In this document: positions 39,323 through 49,773 of the stretch, piece by piece | Numbering within the stretch: the first letter of the stretch is position 1 | Layout: each line of letters starts with the position of its first letter | From: Sedimentisphaeraceae bacterium JB056 | GTDB lineage: Bacteria; Planctomycetota; Phycisphaerae; Sedimentisphaerales; Sedimentisphaeraceae | Assembly: GCA_044440125.1 (NCBI GenBank) | Contig: JBITAJ010000029.1 | Span: 64,001-128,000, forward strand | DNA: 64,000 nt | Direction: 5' to 3' | Translations under genes and position numbers: made by a program | The notes under the pieces: model-generated | Told to the model about the DNA's origin: nothing | The model's database searches: none | The model's input: only the letters and a program-made list of their open reading frames with translations

Positions 39323-42025
39323 ATGTTAAGCGCAAAAGAAATCAGGTCGGCATTTATCAATTTTTTCAAGGATAAAGGCCATACTTTCGTGCCAAGTGCA
39401 CCGGTCGTACCTAATGATGACCCTACTCTGCTGTTTACTAACGCAGGAATGAATCAGTTCAAGGATATTTTTCTTGGGCTTAAGGCTAAGAGCTGCAATA
39501 GTGCCGCAAACAGCCAGAAATGTATTCGTGTCAGCGGCAAGCATAACGATCTTGAGGAAGTGGGTGTAGATACATACCATCATACGTTCTTTGAGATGCT
39601 TGGTAATTGGTCGTTTGATGACTACTTCAAGGAAGAAGCTATCAAATGGGCCTGGGAACTTCTTGTTGATGTCTACAAGATTGATGCAGAGAAACTTTAT
39701 GTTACCGTTTTTGCCGGTGATGTTCAGGATGGCAGCGAGTACGATAAAGAGGCCGCTGAGATGTGGCCGCGTGTTACCGGAATTTCTCCTGATAAAGTAC
39801 TTGCTTTTGGCAAGAAAGACAACTTCTGGGAAATGGGCGATACAGGACCTTGCGGCCCATGTAGCGAGATTCATATAGATCTTGGTCCCGATGCTTGCGA
39901 CAGGAAGGGTGTTAAGGGGCATGAGTGCGGCGTTAACGGCGATTGCGGCCGTTATATTGAACTGTGGAACCTTGTTTTTGTTCAGTATAATCGTACGAAT
40001 GATGGTACGCTTGTTCCGCTCAGTGCCAGATACATAGATACCGGTGCGGGTCTTGAGAGGCTCACCGCCGTACTTCAGAATAAGCCGAGTAACTATGATA
40101 CCGATTTATTTATGCCTATAATCAGTGCTATTTCGAATATGGCCGGCATTGAATATACGAGAGCACTTGACGGCAAGACAGATATTGCGATGCGTGTTAT
40201 TGCCGATCATATACGTACGCTGACATTCGCTATAACTGACGGTGCTACTCCGGGTAATGATGGACGCGGTTATGTGCTTCGTCGTATTTTAAGACGTGCA
40301 GCAAGATTTGGCCGTGTTCTTGATATGAACGAGCCGTTCATGTATAAGCTTGTTGATGTTGTTTGTGATGTAATGGGAGAAGCATTTCCTGAAGTTCTTC
40401 AAAGAAAAGATTTCGTTAAAACAGTTGTAGAGTCAGAAGAAAAGAGTTTCGGACGTACTCTCGACAGAGGACTTGAAATATTCAATGCTGCCGCAGAAAA
40501 AGCAGAGAACTCTACTATTTCAGGCGAAGCAGCGTTTCAGCTTTATGATACCTACGGTTTCCCGCTTGATCTTACAGAGCTTATGGCACGTGAAAACGGC
40601 CTGAAGGTTGATACTGATGGTTTCGATAAGCTTATGGAAGAGCAAAGAGCCAGAGCCAGAGCAGCTCAGAAAAATACTGGTATCATGTCTAATCTTAATG
40701 GCGTTGATCTGCCGGCTACAGACGATGATTACAAATATACAAGTACTACCATTGAAACTAAGATAGTAGCTTTTGTTGATAAAGACGGTTATAAGACATC
40801 GGGCAGTTTGTCTTCAGATGCTGAATGTGCGGTGATTTTGGATAAAACCTGTTTCTATGCAGAGTCGGGCGGTCAGGCCGGTGATTCTGGTGTTTTACAG
40901 GCTAATGACGGCAGCTTCAGGGTTAGCCGTACTGAGAAGCTTGGTGACTGTGTACTGCATTATGGTGTTTTAGAGCAGGGTAAGCTGAGTGTTGATGACT
41001 CAGTTGCCGCGGCTGTATCAGCAGAGAGGTTTGCCAGTGCCAAGAACCATACCGCAACGCATTTGCTGCAGTGGGCATTGCAGAAAGTCATAGGTGAAGG
41101 TGTTGCGCAGCAGGGCAGCCAGGTTTGTGCTGATTATCTCAGATTTGATTTTACCTGTCCGAAAGCACTTACAAATGAGCAGATTAAAGAGGTTGAAGAC
41201 CTTGTTAATGCAAAGATAAATGCAGGTGAGCCCGTTCACTGCGAAGTGATGAATATTGAAGATGCCAAGAAACTTGGTGCCATGGCATTGTTTGGCGAAA
41301 AATACGGCAATGAAGTCCGTGTTGTTGCGATTGGAGCTAATGGGACTGATGGCGTTGCCGATGCATTCAGCAAGGAATTCTGCGGCGGAACTCACGTTCA
41401 GCGTACCGGCATGATAGGCGGCTTCAAGATCATAAAAGAAGAAAGCATATCTGCGGGTGTTAGAAGGATTACTGCACTTACAGGCTCCGCTCTGATTGAT
41501 TACCTGAGAAACAAGAGCGATATTCTCGATCAGGTTGCTGTAATGCTTAAAGTGGCTCCAGATCAGGCGGCAGAGCGTATTAATAAGCTTCTTGAAGATA
41601 ATAAAGCACTTAACAAGCAGCTCAAGGATGCCCACAAGAAGGGCGGCTCAGATATTATGGTTGCCGCGAGCGGTTTGCTCAATGACGCGGCATCCAAAGA
41701 CGGTGTTGCAATTGTTGCAGGCATCGTACCTGATTCACCTGTGGAGCAGCTTCGCGGAGCTATGGATATGCTCAAAAAGAAGGCTCAAAGTGCTGTGATC
41801 GTACTTGGATGCAAGAGTGATGATAAAGCAATGCTGCTTGCAGGTGTTACTGATGATGTGGTCAAGAAAGGCGTTAAGGCCGGCGATATAATCAAGCAGA
41901 TTGCTCCGATTGTTGACGGCAGAGGCGGCGGAAAACCGCAAATGGCACAGGCAGGTGGAAAAGCACCTGAGAAACTGACTGAATGTATCGAAAAAGCCAA
42001 ACAGATAATCAGCGAAATGCTTTAA
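39323..42025 (+). CDS. alaS: Alanine--tRNA ligase
   Basis: LLFTNAGMNQFK, FEMLGNWSF, NHTATHLL, EFCGGTH, GGGKP. Confidence 0.98.
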   Translation: MLSAKEIRSAFINFFKDKGHTFVPSAPVVPNDDPTLLFTNAGMNQFKDIFLGLKAKSCNSAANSQKCIRVSGKHNDLEEVGVDTYHHTFFEMLGNWSFDDYFKEEAIKWAWELLVDVYKIDAEKLYVTVFAGDVQDGSEYDKEAAEMWPRVTGISPDKVLAFGKKDNFWEMGDTGPCGPCSEIHIDLGPDACDRKGVKGHECGVNGDCGRYIELWNLVFVQYNRTNDGTLVPLSARYIDTGAGLERLTAVLQNKPSNYDTDLFMPIISAISNMAGIEYTRALDGKTDIAMRVIADHIRTLTFAITDGATPGNDGRGYVLRRILRRAARFGRVLDMNEPFMYKLVDVVCDVMGEAFPEVLQRKDFVKTVVESEEKSFGRTLDRGLEIFNAAAEKAENSTISGEAAFQLYDTYGFPLDLTELMARENGLKVDTDGFDKLMEEQRARARAAQKNTGIMSNLNGVDLPATDDDYKYTSTTIETKIVAFVDKDGYKTSGSLSSDAECAVILDKTCFYAESGGQAGDSGVLQANDGSFRVSRTEKLGDCVLHYGVLEQGKLSVDDSVAAAVSAERFASAKNHTATHLLQWALQKVIGEGVAQQGSQVCADYLRFDFTCPKALTNEQIKEVEDLVNAKINAGEPVHCEVMNIEDAKKLGAMALFGEKYGNEVRVVAIGANGTDGVADAFSKEFCGGTHVQRTGMIGGFKIIKEESISAGVRRITALTGSALIDYLRNKSDILDQVAVMLKVAPDQAAERINKLLEDNKALNKQLKDAHKKGGSDIMVAASGLLNDAASKDGVAIVAGIVPDSPVEQLRGAMDMLKKKAQSAVIVLGCKSDDKAMLLAGVTDDVVKKGVKAGDIIKQIAPIVDGRGGGKPQMAQAGGKAPEKLTECIEKAKQIISEML

Positions 42026-42026
42026 T

Positions 42027-43325
42027 ATGTCTGGGACTAAGCACAAAATAATAATAGGTGATAGTAGAAATATGGCTGAACTGAATGAGAAGTCAGTTCA
42101 GTTGATTGTAACTTCTCCACCTTATTGGCAGCTTAAAGATTATGGTAATACCAAGCAAATTGGTTTTGATGATAGTTATGAAGACTACGTTAATAATCTT
42201 AATATTGTCTGGAATGAATGCTATAGAGTGTTAGAAAATGGTTGTCGTCTATGTATAAATATTGGTGACCAATTTGCACGCTCTGTCTATTATGGCCGAT
42301 ATAAAATAATTCCTATTCGAACAGAAATAATCCGTTTTTGTGAAACAATAGGTTTTGATTATATGGGGGCTGTTATTTGGCAAAAGGTTACGACTTGTAA
42401 CACAACTGGTGGCGGAGCTGTCATGGGTTCTTTTCCTAATCCCAGAAATGGTATATTAAAGCTTGATTATGAGTTCATACTTCTATTCAAGAAAGGTGGA
42501 AAGCCAAGAGTAATACCCAAAGAGATAAAACAGAAATCCAGCATGACAAAAGAAGAGTGGAATGAGTATTTCACTGGACATTGGAATTTTTCAGGTGAAC
42601 GTCAGAATGGTCATTTGGCTATGTTTCCAGAAGAACTTCCGAAAAGATTAATCAAAATGTTCAGTTTTGTCGGCGAAACGGTACTTGATCCTTTTATGGG
42701 TAGCGGGACAACTGCGCTTGCAGCTCGAAATCAAGGGAGAAATTCTGTTGGATATGAAATAAATGAGGAATTTATTCCATTGATTGAGAAACGTAGCGGA
42801 TTTTGTGAGCAAGGTCTCTTTAGGGAAGACAGTATTGAATTTACAAAACAGAAAAGCGAAATTGATATATCAAATTCTTTATCATTTTTACCTTATTTAT
42901 TTGAAGATAAAGTGAAATTTGATAAAAAGATAGATCCTCGAAAAATGGATTATGGTAGCAAGGTTAGCAAAAAATCTACAGGCAAAAGAAATGATCTGAA
43001 AAGAGTTACAGAAATAATTTCACCTAATAAATTGATGCTTGATGATGGAGTTAAAGTTAAACTTATAGGTGTAGCTCCAATTGCTGAAAAAGAGTATGAG
43101 GCAATATCGTATTTGAAGGATAAAATTGGTCGGCAGAGAGTTTTTCTGAAGTTTGACAATCAGAAATATGATGCAGAAGGCAATCTTTTGTGTTATCTGT
43201 ATTTACAAAATAAAACTTTCGTCAATGCGCATTTGATAAAAGATAAAATGGCGGCTCCTGTTACAAATCAGGAATATTCTTGTAAGAGAAGATTTGAAAA
43301 ATATATGGAGATGGCAAATGCCTGA
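42027..43325 (+). CDS. Beta-class N4-C/N6-A DNA methyltransferase fused to a C-terminal SNase-like domain
   Basis: TSPPY (motif IV) precedes VLDPFMGSGTT (motif I); the C-terminal region resembles the thermonuclease fold (VKLIGV, GNLLCYLY, FVNAHLIK..MA). Confidence 0.85.
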   Translation: MSGTKHKIIIGDSRNMAELNEKSVQLIVTSPPYWQLKDYGNTKQIGFDDSYEDYVNNLNIVWNECYRVLENGCRLCINIGDQFARSVYYGRYKIIPIRTEIIRFCETIGFDYMGAVIWQKVTTCNTTGGGAVMGSFPNPRNGILKLDYEFILLFKKGGKPRVIPKEIKQKSSMTKEEWNEYFTGHWNFSGERQNGHLAMFPEELPKRLIKMFSFVGETVLDPFMGSGTTALAARNQGRNSVGYEINEEFIPLIEKRSGFCEQGLFREDSIEFTKQKSEIDISNSLSFLPYLFEDKVKFDKKIDPRKMDYGSKVSKKSTGKRNDLKRVTEIISPNKLMLDDGVKVKLIGVAPIAEKEYEAISYLKDKIGRQRVFLKFDNQKYDAEGNLLCYLYLQNKTFVNAHLIKDKMAAPVTNQEYSCKRRFEKYMEMANA

Positions 43326-44028
43326 GAGTTGGGTTAGAGAAATTGAAGGTTGCAATAAAAAGTATTTCAGGGAAACTTTACTGAATTATGCAGCCAATAG
43401 ATGGGGGCTAAATAAAGCAAGTAGCGTTGGGCCAACTTCTGAACTTATCAGGAATTGCAGTCCGCGCGAGTTTGAACAGTGGAAAGAGTATTATTTCAAT
43501 AACGCAAAGCAAAAGAAAAAAAATGGTATTGAAATAACACCCGAATATTTGAATGATTTGGGTGGTAGATTATATACTAAATTATCAGAAGTTGTCAGTT
43601 GCGAATTAGCACAGATTACAGAAAAAGAATGTATTGATTATATTTACAATCTTGTCTTAAATCGTACCTATGAAGGTTACATGTCAGAAGTTGATACCAT
43701 ATATGGTCAGTTGCAGGATATGCTGGGTATTCAGATAAGTCCTGCTCCCGATGAATGGGATAGACGCTACAATATAGATTTTTATATTGAAGTGGGAGAT
43801 AAATTTATCGGTTTGCAAATCAAGCCTATAACCGGCAGGTCTCTAAATGATTATCAATGGGAGCAAATGCATGAAAATAATCACAGGAGATTTATAGATG
43901 AGTTTGGAGGTAAAGTATTCTTCGTGTATTCTGTTAAAGGTACTGGTAAGAAGAAAAAGATTGATAACCCAGAAATTATTGATGAAATAATAGCAGAAAT
44001 TGAACGGTTACGAATAGAGAATCCGTGA
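43318..44028 (+). CDS. MjaI-family type II restriction endonuclease
   Basis: VGPTSELI...W.EYY, RTYEGY, DEWDRRYNIDF...IGLQIKP; overlaps the MTase stop. Confidence 0.75.
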   Translation: MPESWVREIEGCNKKYFRETLLNYAANRWGLNKASSVGPTSELIRNCSPREFEQWKEYYFNNAKQKKKNGIEITPEYLNDLGGRLYTKLSEVVSCELAQITEKECIDYIYNLVLNRTYEGYMSEVDTIYGQLQDMLGIQISPAPDEWDRRYNIDFYIEVGDKFIGLQIKPITGRSLNDYQWEQMHENNHRRFIDEFGGKVFFVYSVKGTGKKKKIDNPEIIDEIIAEIERLRIENP

Positions 44029-44063
44029 AAGTTTAATGATATTTAATGATGAGTTTTAATATA

Positions 44064-46922
44064 ATGGCAAAAGAATTATCTACTACATATACGCCTTCTG
44101 AGATTGAAGAGTTGGCGAGTACGATTTGGAACGAGGGGAATTATTTTCACGCTGAGCCCCCTTCAAATGGCGGCAAAGACAGCGATGCATATACTATCGT
44201 GATTCCTCCTCCAAACGTTACCGGTATGCTTCATATGGGGCATGCGCTCAATAATACGCTTCAGGATATCATGATTCGTTTCAAGCGTATGCAGGGGTTC
44301 AATACATTATGGATGCCGGGTACCGACCATGCAGGCATAGCGACCCAAAGTGTTGTAGAAAAACGACTTAACTCTGAGCAGGGTAAAACCCGTCACGATG
44401 TTGGCCGTGATGCTTTGGTTCAGATGATTTGGGACTGGAAAGAAGAGTACGGCAATACAATACTTGAGCAGCTTAAAGGTATCGGTGCAAGCTGCGACTG
44501 GGCGAGAACACGTTTTACTCTTGATGAAACCTGTGCGAGAGCTGTTCGCAAGACATTCTATAAGATGTTTAATGACAGGCTGATATATAAAGGCAAGCGT
44601 CTTGTTAACTGGGATCCTGCTTTGCAGACGGCTGTTGCAGATGATGAAGTTGTACATAAATCGGTAGCCGGTAATTTTTACTATATAAATTATCCGATGG
44701 CTGATGGCAGCGGCGTAATTACTGTCGCAACCACCCGCCCTGAGACGATGCTTGGTGATACGGCGGTTGCTATCAATCCTAAGGACGACAGGGCTTCTGA
44801 GCTGCTTGGAAAGATGCTAATACTTCCGCTCACAGACCGTCAGATTCCTATTATTGCCGATGATCATGTAAAACGCGGCGAAGGAACCGGCTGTCTCAAG
44901 GTTACTCCTGCTCACGACCCTAACGACTATGAAATCGGTCTTCGCCATAATCTCGAGCAGATAAACATACTTACTGCTGACGGCAAGATCAATGAAAATG
45001 GCGGGCAGTTTGCAGGAATGGATCGTTTTGCCGCAAGAAAGGCGGTAGTAGCGGCCCTTAAAGAGCAGCAACTGCTTATCAAGATAGAGCCTAAAGATCA
45101 GGAAGTTGGCCATAGTGACAGAAGTGGTGCGGTAATCGAGCCGTATCTTTCGGATCAGTGGTTTGTAAGCGTAAAACCGCTTGCTAAGAATGCCATAAAA
45201 GCGGTAGTTGACGGTGAGGTGAAATTCCACCCGCAAAGATACGAAAAGAGCTATCTTGACTGGCTTGAGGGTATCAGGGATTGGTGTATTAGCCGACAGT
45301 TGTGGTGGGGACACAGAATTCCTATCTGGTCAGCGGAGATTGAAGCGGAATATAATGACGGCGAGATTACTGATGAGATAAATGCGAAAATCGAGGACAT
45401 GCTCGGTTCAAGCTGGAAAATATTCAATGAACTCTGTGGCGATGAAGCTGCTGTTCAGGTCTCAGAGGTAGAGGATGAGCCGAATAAGGTTCGTGTTGAT
45501 ATATGTGTTGCAACTGAGAATGATGATATTGAGTCAAGGCTTGAAGAAGCCGGTTTTGCACGCGATGAAAATGTACTCGACACATGGTTCAGTTCGGCAT
45601 TATGGCCGTTCAGTACTCTTGGCTGGCCTGAAGAGACAGAAGAACTCAAATTCTACTATCCGACGAGCCTGCTTGTTACCTCGCGTGATATCATAACGCT
45701 GTGGGTCTCAAGAATGGTTATGCTTGGAATTTACAATATCGGTAAGATACCGTTCTCAGATGTATTCATTCATGGCAAGATTCTTGACGGCAACGGCGAG
45801 ACCATGAGTAAGAGCAAGGGCAATGGAATTGATCCGCTTGCGATAATCGATACTTATGGAGCTGACGCTATGCGTTTCTGTATGGCTCAGATGACTACTG
45901 AGAGTCAGGATATGCGTTTGCCTGTTACAAAAGATGAGAGCGGCAGGAATATAAGTGAGAAGTTTGATATTGGACGTAACTTCTGTAATAAGCTTTGGAA
46001 TGCCACAAGGTTTGCGATGCTCAATCTTGAGGGTATCAATTATGATGCTTTTGATGCAGATAAGCTTGATATTACCGATAAATGGATACTTTCAAGGCTT
46101 GAGTATGCGGTGACGGATGTTACTGATATGCTTGATGAGTTCAAATACAACGAGCCTATAACCTGCATATATCGCTTCTTCTGGAATGATCTTTGTGATT
46201 GGTATCTTGAATGGGCTAAGCCGAGATTTAAAGATGAATCTCAGCGTGCAACCGCTCAGAACGTGCTTGCCTTTGTTCTCGATCAGTGTTTGAGGATAAT
46301 GCATCCGTTCATGCCGTTTATTACTGAAGGGCTTTTCCAGTCTCTTAACGAGATGGCTCCAAAGAGAGGTCTTAAGGGGATTGTAGATGCTGAGAGTTCA
46401 GATGCACTGATAATGGCAAAATGGCCGGCGAAAGAGCTTGAGCAATTCCGCAATCCTGATGTTGAGGAAGATATCATTGAGCTTCAGGCCATAATCAAGA
46501 GTATCCGTGAGATACGAAGCCAGTACAATGTAGCTCCGAGCCTGAAACTCAAGGGTGCAACGTCTGCACAAGGTGATATGGGTGAGCTTTTCAAAGAAAA
46601 TGAACACCTTATTAAGCAGTTGGCAGGTCTTGAGGAGTTTGTTGTTGATGCTAATGTCGAACGCGGCAAAGCGACAGCGTCAAGCGTTCTTGGTGAATTT
46701 GAAGTATTTGTCCATGATGTGATTGATGCTGAGGCTGAGAAAAAACGTCTTGAGAAGCAGAAAGAAACGCTTATTAAAGGTATTAAGCCTATTGAAGGCA
46801 AGCTTGCTAACGAAAACTTCGTTACAAGAGCAAAACCTGAGGTCGTTGAGTCTTCACGTCAGCGTTTGGCAGAACTTAAAGAGCAGCTTGCGGCAGTTGA
46901 AAAACTGATTGAAGAGCTTTAA
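44064..46922 (+). CDS. valS: Valine--tRNA ligase
   Basis: PPPNVTG.LHMGH, DWCISRQLWWGH, MSKSKGN; C-terminal coiled coil. Confidence 0.98.
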   Translation: MAKELSTTYTPSEIEELASTIWNEGNYFHAEPPSNGGKDSDAYTIVIPPPNVTGMLHMGHALNNTLQDIMIRFKRMQGFNTLWMPGTDHAGIATQSVVEKRLNSEQGKTRHDVGRDALVQMIWDWKEEYGNTILEQLKGIGASCDWARTRFTLDETCARAVRKTFYKMFNDRLIYKGKRLVNWDPALQTAVADDEVVHKSVAGNFYYINYPMADGSGVITVATTRPETMLGDTAVAINPKDDRASELLGKMLILPLTDRQIPIIADDHVKRGEGTGCLKVTPAHDPNDYEIGLRHNLEQINILTADGKINENGGQFAGMDRFAARKAVVAALKEQQLLIKIEPKDQEVGHSDRSGAVIEPYLSDQWFVSVKPLAKNAIKAVVDGEVKFHPQRYEKSYLDWLEGIRDWCISRQLWWGHRIPIWSAEIEAEYNDGEITDEINAKIEDMLGSSWKIFNELCGDEAAVQVSEVEDEPNKVRVDICVATENDDIESRLEEAGFARDENVLDTWFSSALWPFSTLGWPEETEELKFYYPTSLLVTSRDIITLWVSRMVMLGIYNIGKIPFSDVFIHGKILDGNGETMSKSKGNGIDPLAIIDTYGADAMRFCMAQMTTESQDMRLPVTKDESGRNISEKFDIGRNFCNKLWNATRFAMLNLEGINYDAFDADKLDITDKWILSRLEYAVTDVTDMLDEFKYNEPITCIYRFFWNDLCDWYLEWAKPRFKDESQRATAQNVLAFVLDQCLRIMHPFMPFITEGLFQSLNEMAPKRGLKGIVDAESSDALIMAKWPAKELEQFRNPDVEEDIIELQAIIKSIREIRSQYNVAPSLKLKGATSAQGDMGELFKENEHLIKQLAGLEEFVVDANVERGKATASSVLGEFEVFVHDVIDAEAEKKRLEKQKETLIKGIKPIEGKLANENFVTRAKPEVVESSRQRLAELKEQLAAVEKLIEEL

Positions 46923-46938
46923 GATATTCGTGATTTTC

Positions 46939-46969
46939 GGGGCTGATAGTTCTCAGCCCCTTTAATTTT
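46939..46969 (+). terminator. Putative terminator after valS
   Basis: GGGGCTGA-loop-TCAGCCCC followed by TTTAATTTT. Confidence 0.6.
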
Positions 46970-46984
46970 AAGAGGTATGTTCGG

Positions 46985-47605
46985 GTGTTATCAAGACCTG
47001 TAATAGGTGTAATGGGCGGGATTTGTTCCGGCAAAAGTTTGGTGTCATCTATCTTTGGAGAGTTTGGTTTCGTTGTTATTGATGCCGACAAGATAGTGAG
47101 CGAACTTTATAATGACAGGCAGTTTGTGGAGCGGCAGCTCGTGCCTGTATTCGGTGAGAAGGTGGCAGATGAAAATAAACAAGTGAACCGTGAGTTCCTT
47201 TCTGACGTAGTATTCGATGACAAGGAAAAACTTGGTCGCTTAAATAGTATTGTCCATCCCGTTGTATTAGATAGGATAAAGGAGCTTTTGTCTGTCTACA
47301 GGGATAGTGATCACGTAAGAGGAGTGATTCTTGACGTTCCCTTATTGCTTGAAACCGGTCTTGATAAGGATTGTGATGTGCTTCTGTTCGTAGAAACAGA
47401 TGAGGCCCTCAGAAGGCAAAGAGCGATGAAAAGAAGCGGAATTTCGCAAAAAGAGCTGGAAAAACGTCAAAAATCACAGATTTTTCTGGACAAAAAGAAA
47501 AATATTGCTAATTATACAGTATACAACAACACAGAGACGTCTGTCTTGAGAGTGCAGGTTGCTGATGTCATCTCTGATATTAACCATAAATTTAGTGGTG
47601 AATAA
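46985..47605 (+). CDS. coaE: Dephospho-CoA kinase
   Basis: GGICSGKS P-loop, IDAD, LNSIVHP, DVPLLLE. Confidence 0.93.
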   Translation: MLSRPVIGVMGGICSGKSLVSSIFGEFGFVVIDADKIVSELYNDRQFVERQLVPVFGEKVADENKQVNREFLSDVVFDDKEKLGRLNSIVHPVVLDRIKELLSVYRDSDHVRGVILDVPLLLETGLDKDCDVLLFVETDEALRRQRAMKRSGISQKELEKRQKSQIFLDKKKNIANYTVYNNTETSVLRVQVADVISDINHKFSGE

Positions 47606-47788
47606 TCCGTGATTCCCTCAAAATCCAGCTTAGTCGGCGTCGTAAATCGTTGTCAATCCTGATTTATCCATAATTTATTGACCGGGATTTGAAGGTTGCG
47701 AATTCTGAAGGTGTACTTCGAGTTTGTGGTACTCTAATAATAAACAAAAACAACAATAAAAAGTCACATTTTATTTTACAAAATAGGA

Positions 47789-49723
47789 GTGATGATGACT
47801 GATGAATCTACAGTTAATCCGGTAGAAGATAATGAAATAACCAATGAAGCTGAAGAAAAAAAGGCTCCTGCGGTTAAAAAAACAACAAAACGTAAAACAA
47901 CAAGAAAAAAGGCCACTGCCAAAAAGAGTCTTTTTGGAGAGGACGAAAATTCTGCTTCTTCGAACGGTGACGAAGGTTCTGAACCTAAAACTGCTGTAAA
48001 GAAAAAGGCAGTCAAGAAAACTACCCGCAAGAAAACAACTAAGAAAAAGACTGCGGTCAAGGAGCAGGTTGAGTCATCAGATAAAGATCAAAATGTATCT
48101 GAATCTGTAGGGGAGGTTGAAGAGATGAAGCAAGAAAAGGCCAGTGTTAAGCCTGAATCAGAAGCTTCTGAACCAAAAGAGCCGGAGCAGGTAAAAGAGA
48201 CTCCGGTTGTAAAGCAAGAGGCTTCAGAAGAGTCAGGCAGTGATCGTGACAGTAACCAGAGACCTGAACGTAACTCCGGCCATAGAGATCAGCGAGATGA
48301 CAGGCCCCAGAGAAACAATCAGGATCGCCATAATAACAACAACAGAAAATGGCAGCCCAAACAGGGCGGTAAGAAACGTCACAACAATAACAGAAAAAAT
48401 GGGCCTGGCGGTGAAAAGCAGGAATCTATGCACGATAGGTATGAGCGTGTTAAAAAAGGCAAACTATACCTGACAGAGTTCCAAAACTGTTCTGTTAAAG
48501 AGCTTCATCAGATAGCAAAAGAAGAAGGCGTTGTTGATTATGTAGGTCTTGCAAAGCAAAATCTGATTTTCAAAATCCTTAAAAAACGAATAACCGAAAG
48601 CGGCCTTTATTATGGCGAAGGTGTTCTGGAAGTATTGCCTGACGGCTTTGGTTTCCTGCGTAACCCTCGTTATAACTATCTTTCAAGCCCTGATGATATC
48701 TATGTTTCTCCTTCTCAGATAAGACGTTTTGGTCTTAAGAGTGGTAACATTGTGCAGGGACAGATCAGGCCGCCAAAGGATAACGAGAAATATTTCGCTC
48801 TGCTTAAGGTAGAGGCTATTAATTTCAGGCCTCCTGAGAACTTGCAGGAGCAGGTTGTATTCCGCGACCTCACACCGCTGCATCCAGAGGAAAGATTTAT
48901 CCTTGAGACAGATAAGGATGAGGTAAGTACGAGAATAATAGATCTGACAACACCTGTAGGTAAGGGTCAGCGTGGACTTATTGTGGCTCCTCCGAGAACA
49001 GGTAAGACAGTTCTTCTCCAGAAGCTTACAAACGCTATCTCTGAGAATTATCCTGATGTAAGAATGATAGTTCTGCTTATTGATGAGCGTCCTGAAGAGG
49101 TTACGGACTTTAAACGCAAAGTTAAAGACGATGTAGAGGTTATCAGCTCTACTTTTGATGAGCCGACCGCAAGACACTGCCAGGTAGCCGAGATGGTTAT
49201 CGAGAAGGCAAAGCGTATGGTTGAGTTTGGTGAGGATGTAGTTATCCTTCTTGACTCTATAACCCGCCTTGCACGTGCCTACAACACAGAGATGCCTCAC
49301 AGTGGTAAGATTCTTACCGGTGGTGTCGATGCTAACGCTATGCAGATGCCTAAGCGTTTCTTCGGTGCGGCACGTAACATTGAAGAGGGCGGTTCGCTTT
49401 CTATCTTTGCTACAGCTCTTGTTGATACCGGTTCGAAGATGGACGATGTTATCTTTGAGGAATTCAAGGCGACAGGTAACATGGAGCTTCACCTCAATCG
49501 CAAGCTTGTTGAAAAACGTATTTATCCTGCTATTGATATCAGTCGAAGCGGTACAAGAAGAGAAGAGCTGCTGCTTGATCCTAAGGAAATGGAATTGAGT
49601 TACAGACTTCGCAAGGTATTAAGTGAGATGAGCATTACCGAGTCGGTAGAACTGCTCAAAAACCGTCTGTCTAAGACAAACAGCAATGCTGAATTCCTCA
49701 TGAGCATGTCTCGCGGGTTGTAA
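47789..49723 (+). CDS. rho: Transcription termination factor Rho with long N-terminal low-complexity extension
   Basis: [50 protein letters not shown]. Confidence 0.97.
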   Translation: MMMTDESTVNPVEDNEITNEAEEKKAPAVKKTTKRKTTRKKATAKKSLFGEDENSASSNGDEGSEPKTAVKKKAVKKTTRKKTTKKKTAVKEQVESSDKDQNVSESVGEVEEMKQEKASVKPESEASEPKEPEQVKETPVVKQEASEESGSDRDSNQRPERNSGHRDQRDDRPQRNNQDRHNNNNRKWQPKQGGKKRHNNNRKNGPGGEKQESMHDRYERVKKGKLYLTEFQNCSVKELHQIAKEEGVVDYVGLAKQNLIFKILKKRITESGLYYGEGVLEVLPDGFGFLRNPRYNYLSSPDDIYVSPSQIRRFGLKSGNIVQGQIRPPKDNEKYFALLKVEAINFRPPENLQEQVVFRDLTPLHPEERFILETDKDEVSTRIIDLTTPVGKGQRGLIVAPPRTGKTVLLQKLTNAISENYPDVRMIVLLIDERPEEVTDFKRKVKDDVEVISSTFDEPTARHCQVAEMVIEKAKRMVEFGEDVVILLDSITRLARAYNTEMPHSGKILTGGVDANAMQMPKRFFGAARNIEEGGSLSIFATALVDTGSKMDDVIFEEFKATGNMELHLNRKLVEKRIYPAIDISRSGTRREELLLDPKEMELSYRLRKVLSEMSITESVELLKNRLSKTNSNAEFLMSMSRGL

Positions 49724-49773
49724 TTGCTGAAGGTTAGTGAAAGTTGTAATTGGGAAATAAATAAGGAAATTTT

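Noticed and set aside
48683..49492. 269-aa minus-strand ORF (and similar shadows over alaS, valS, aspS, plsX and the cyclophilin)
   Set aside because: Antisense shadows of conserved genes caused by codon bias.
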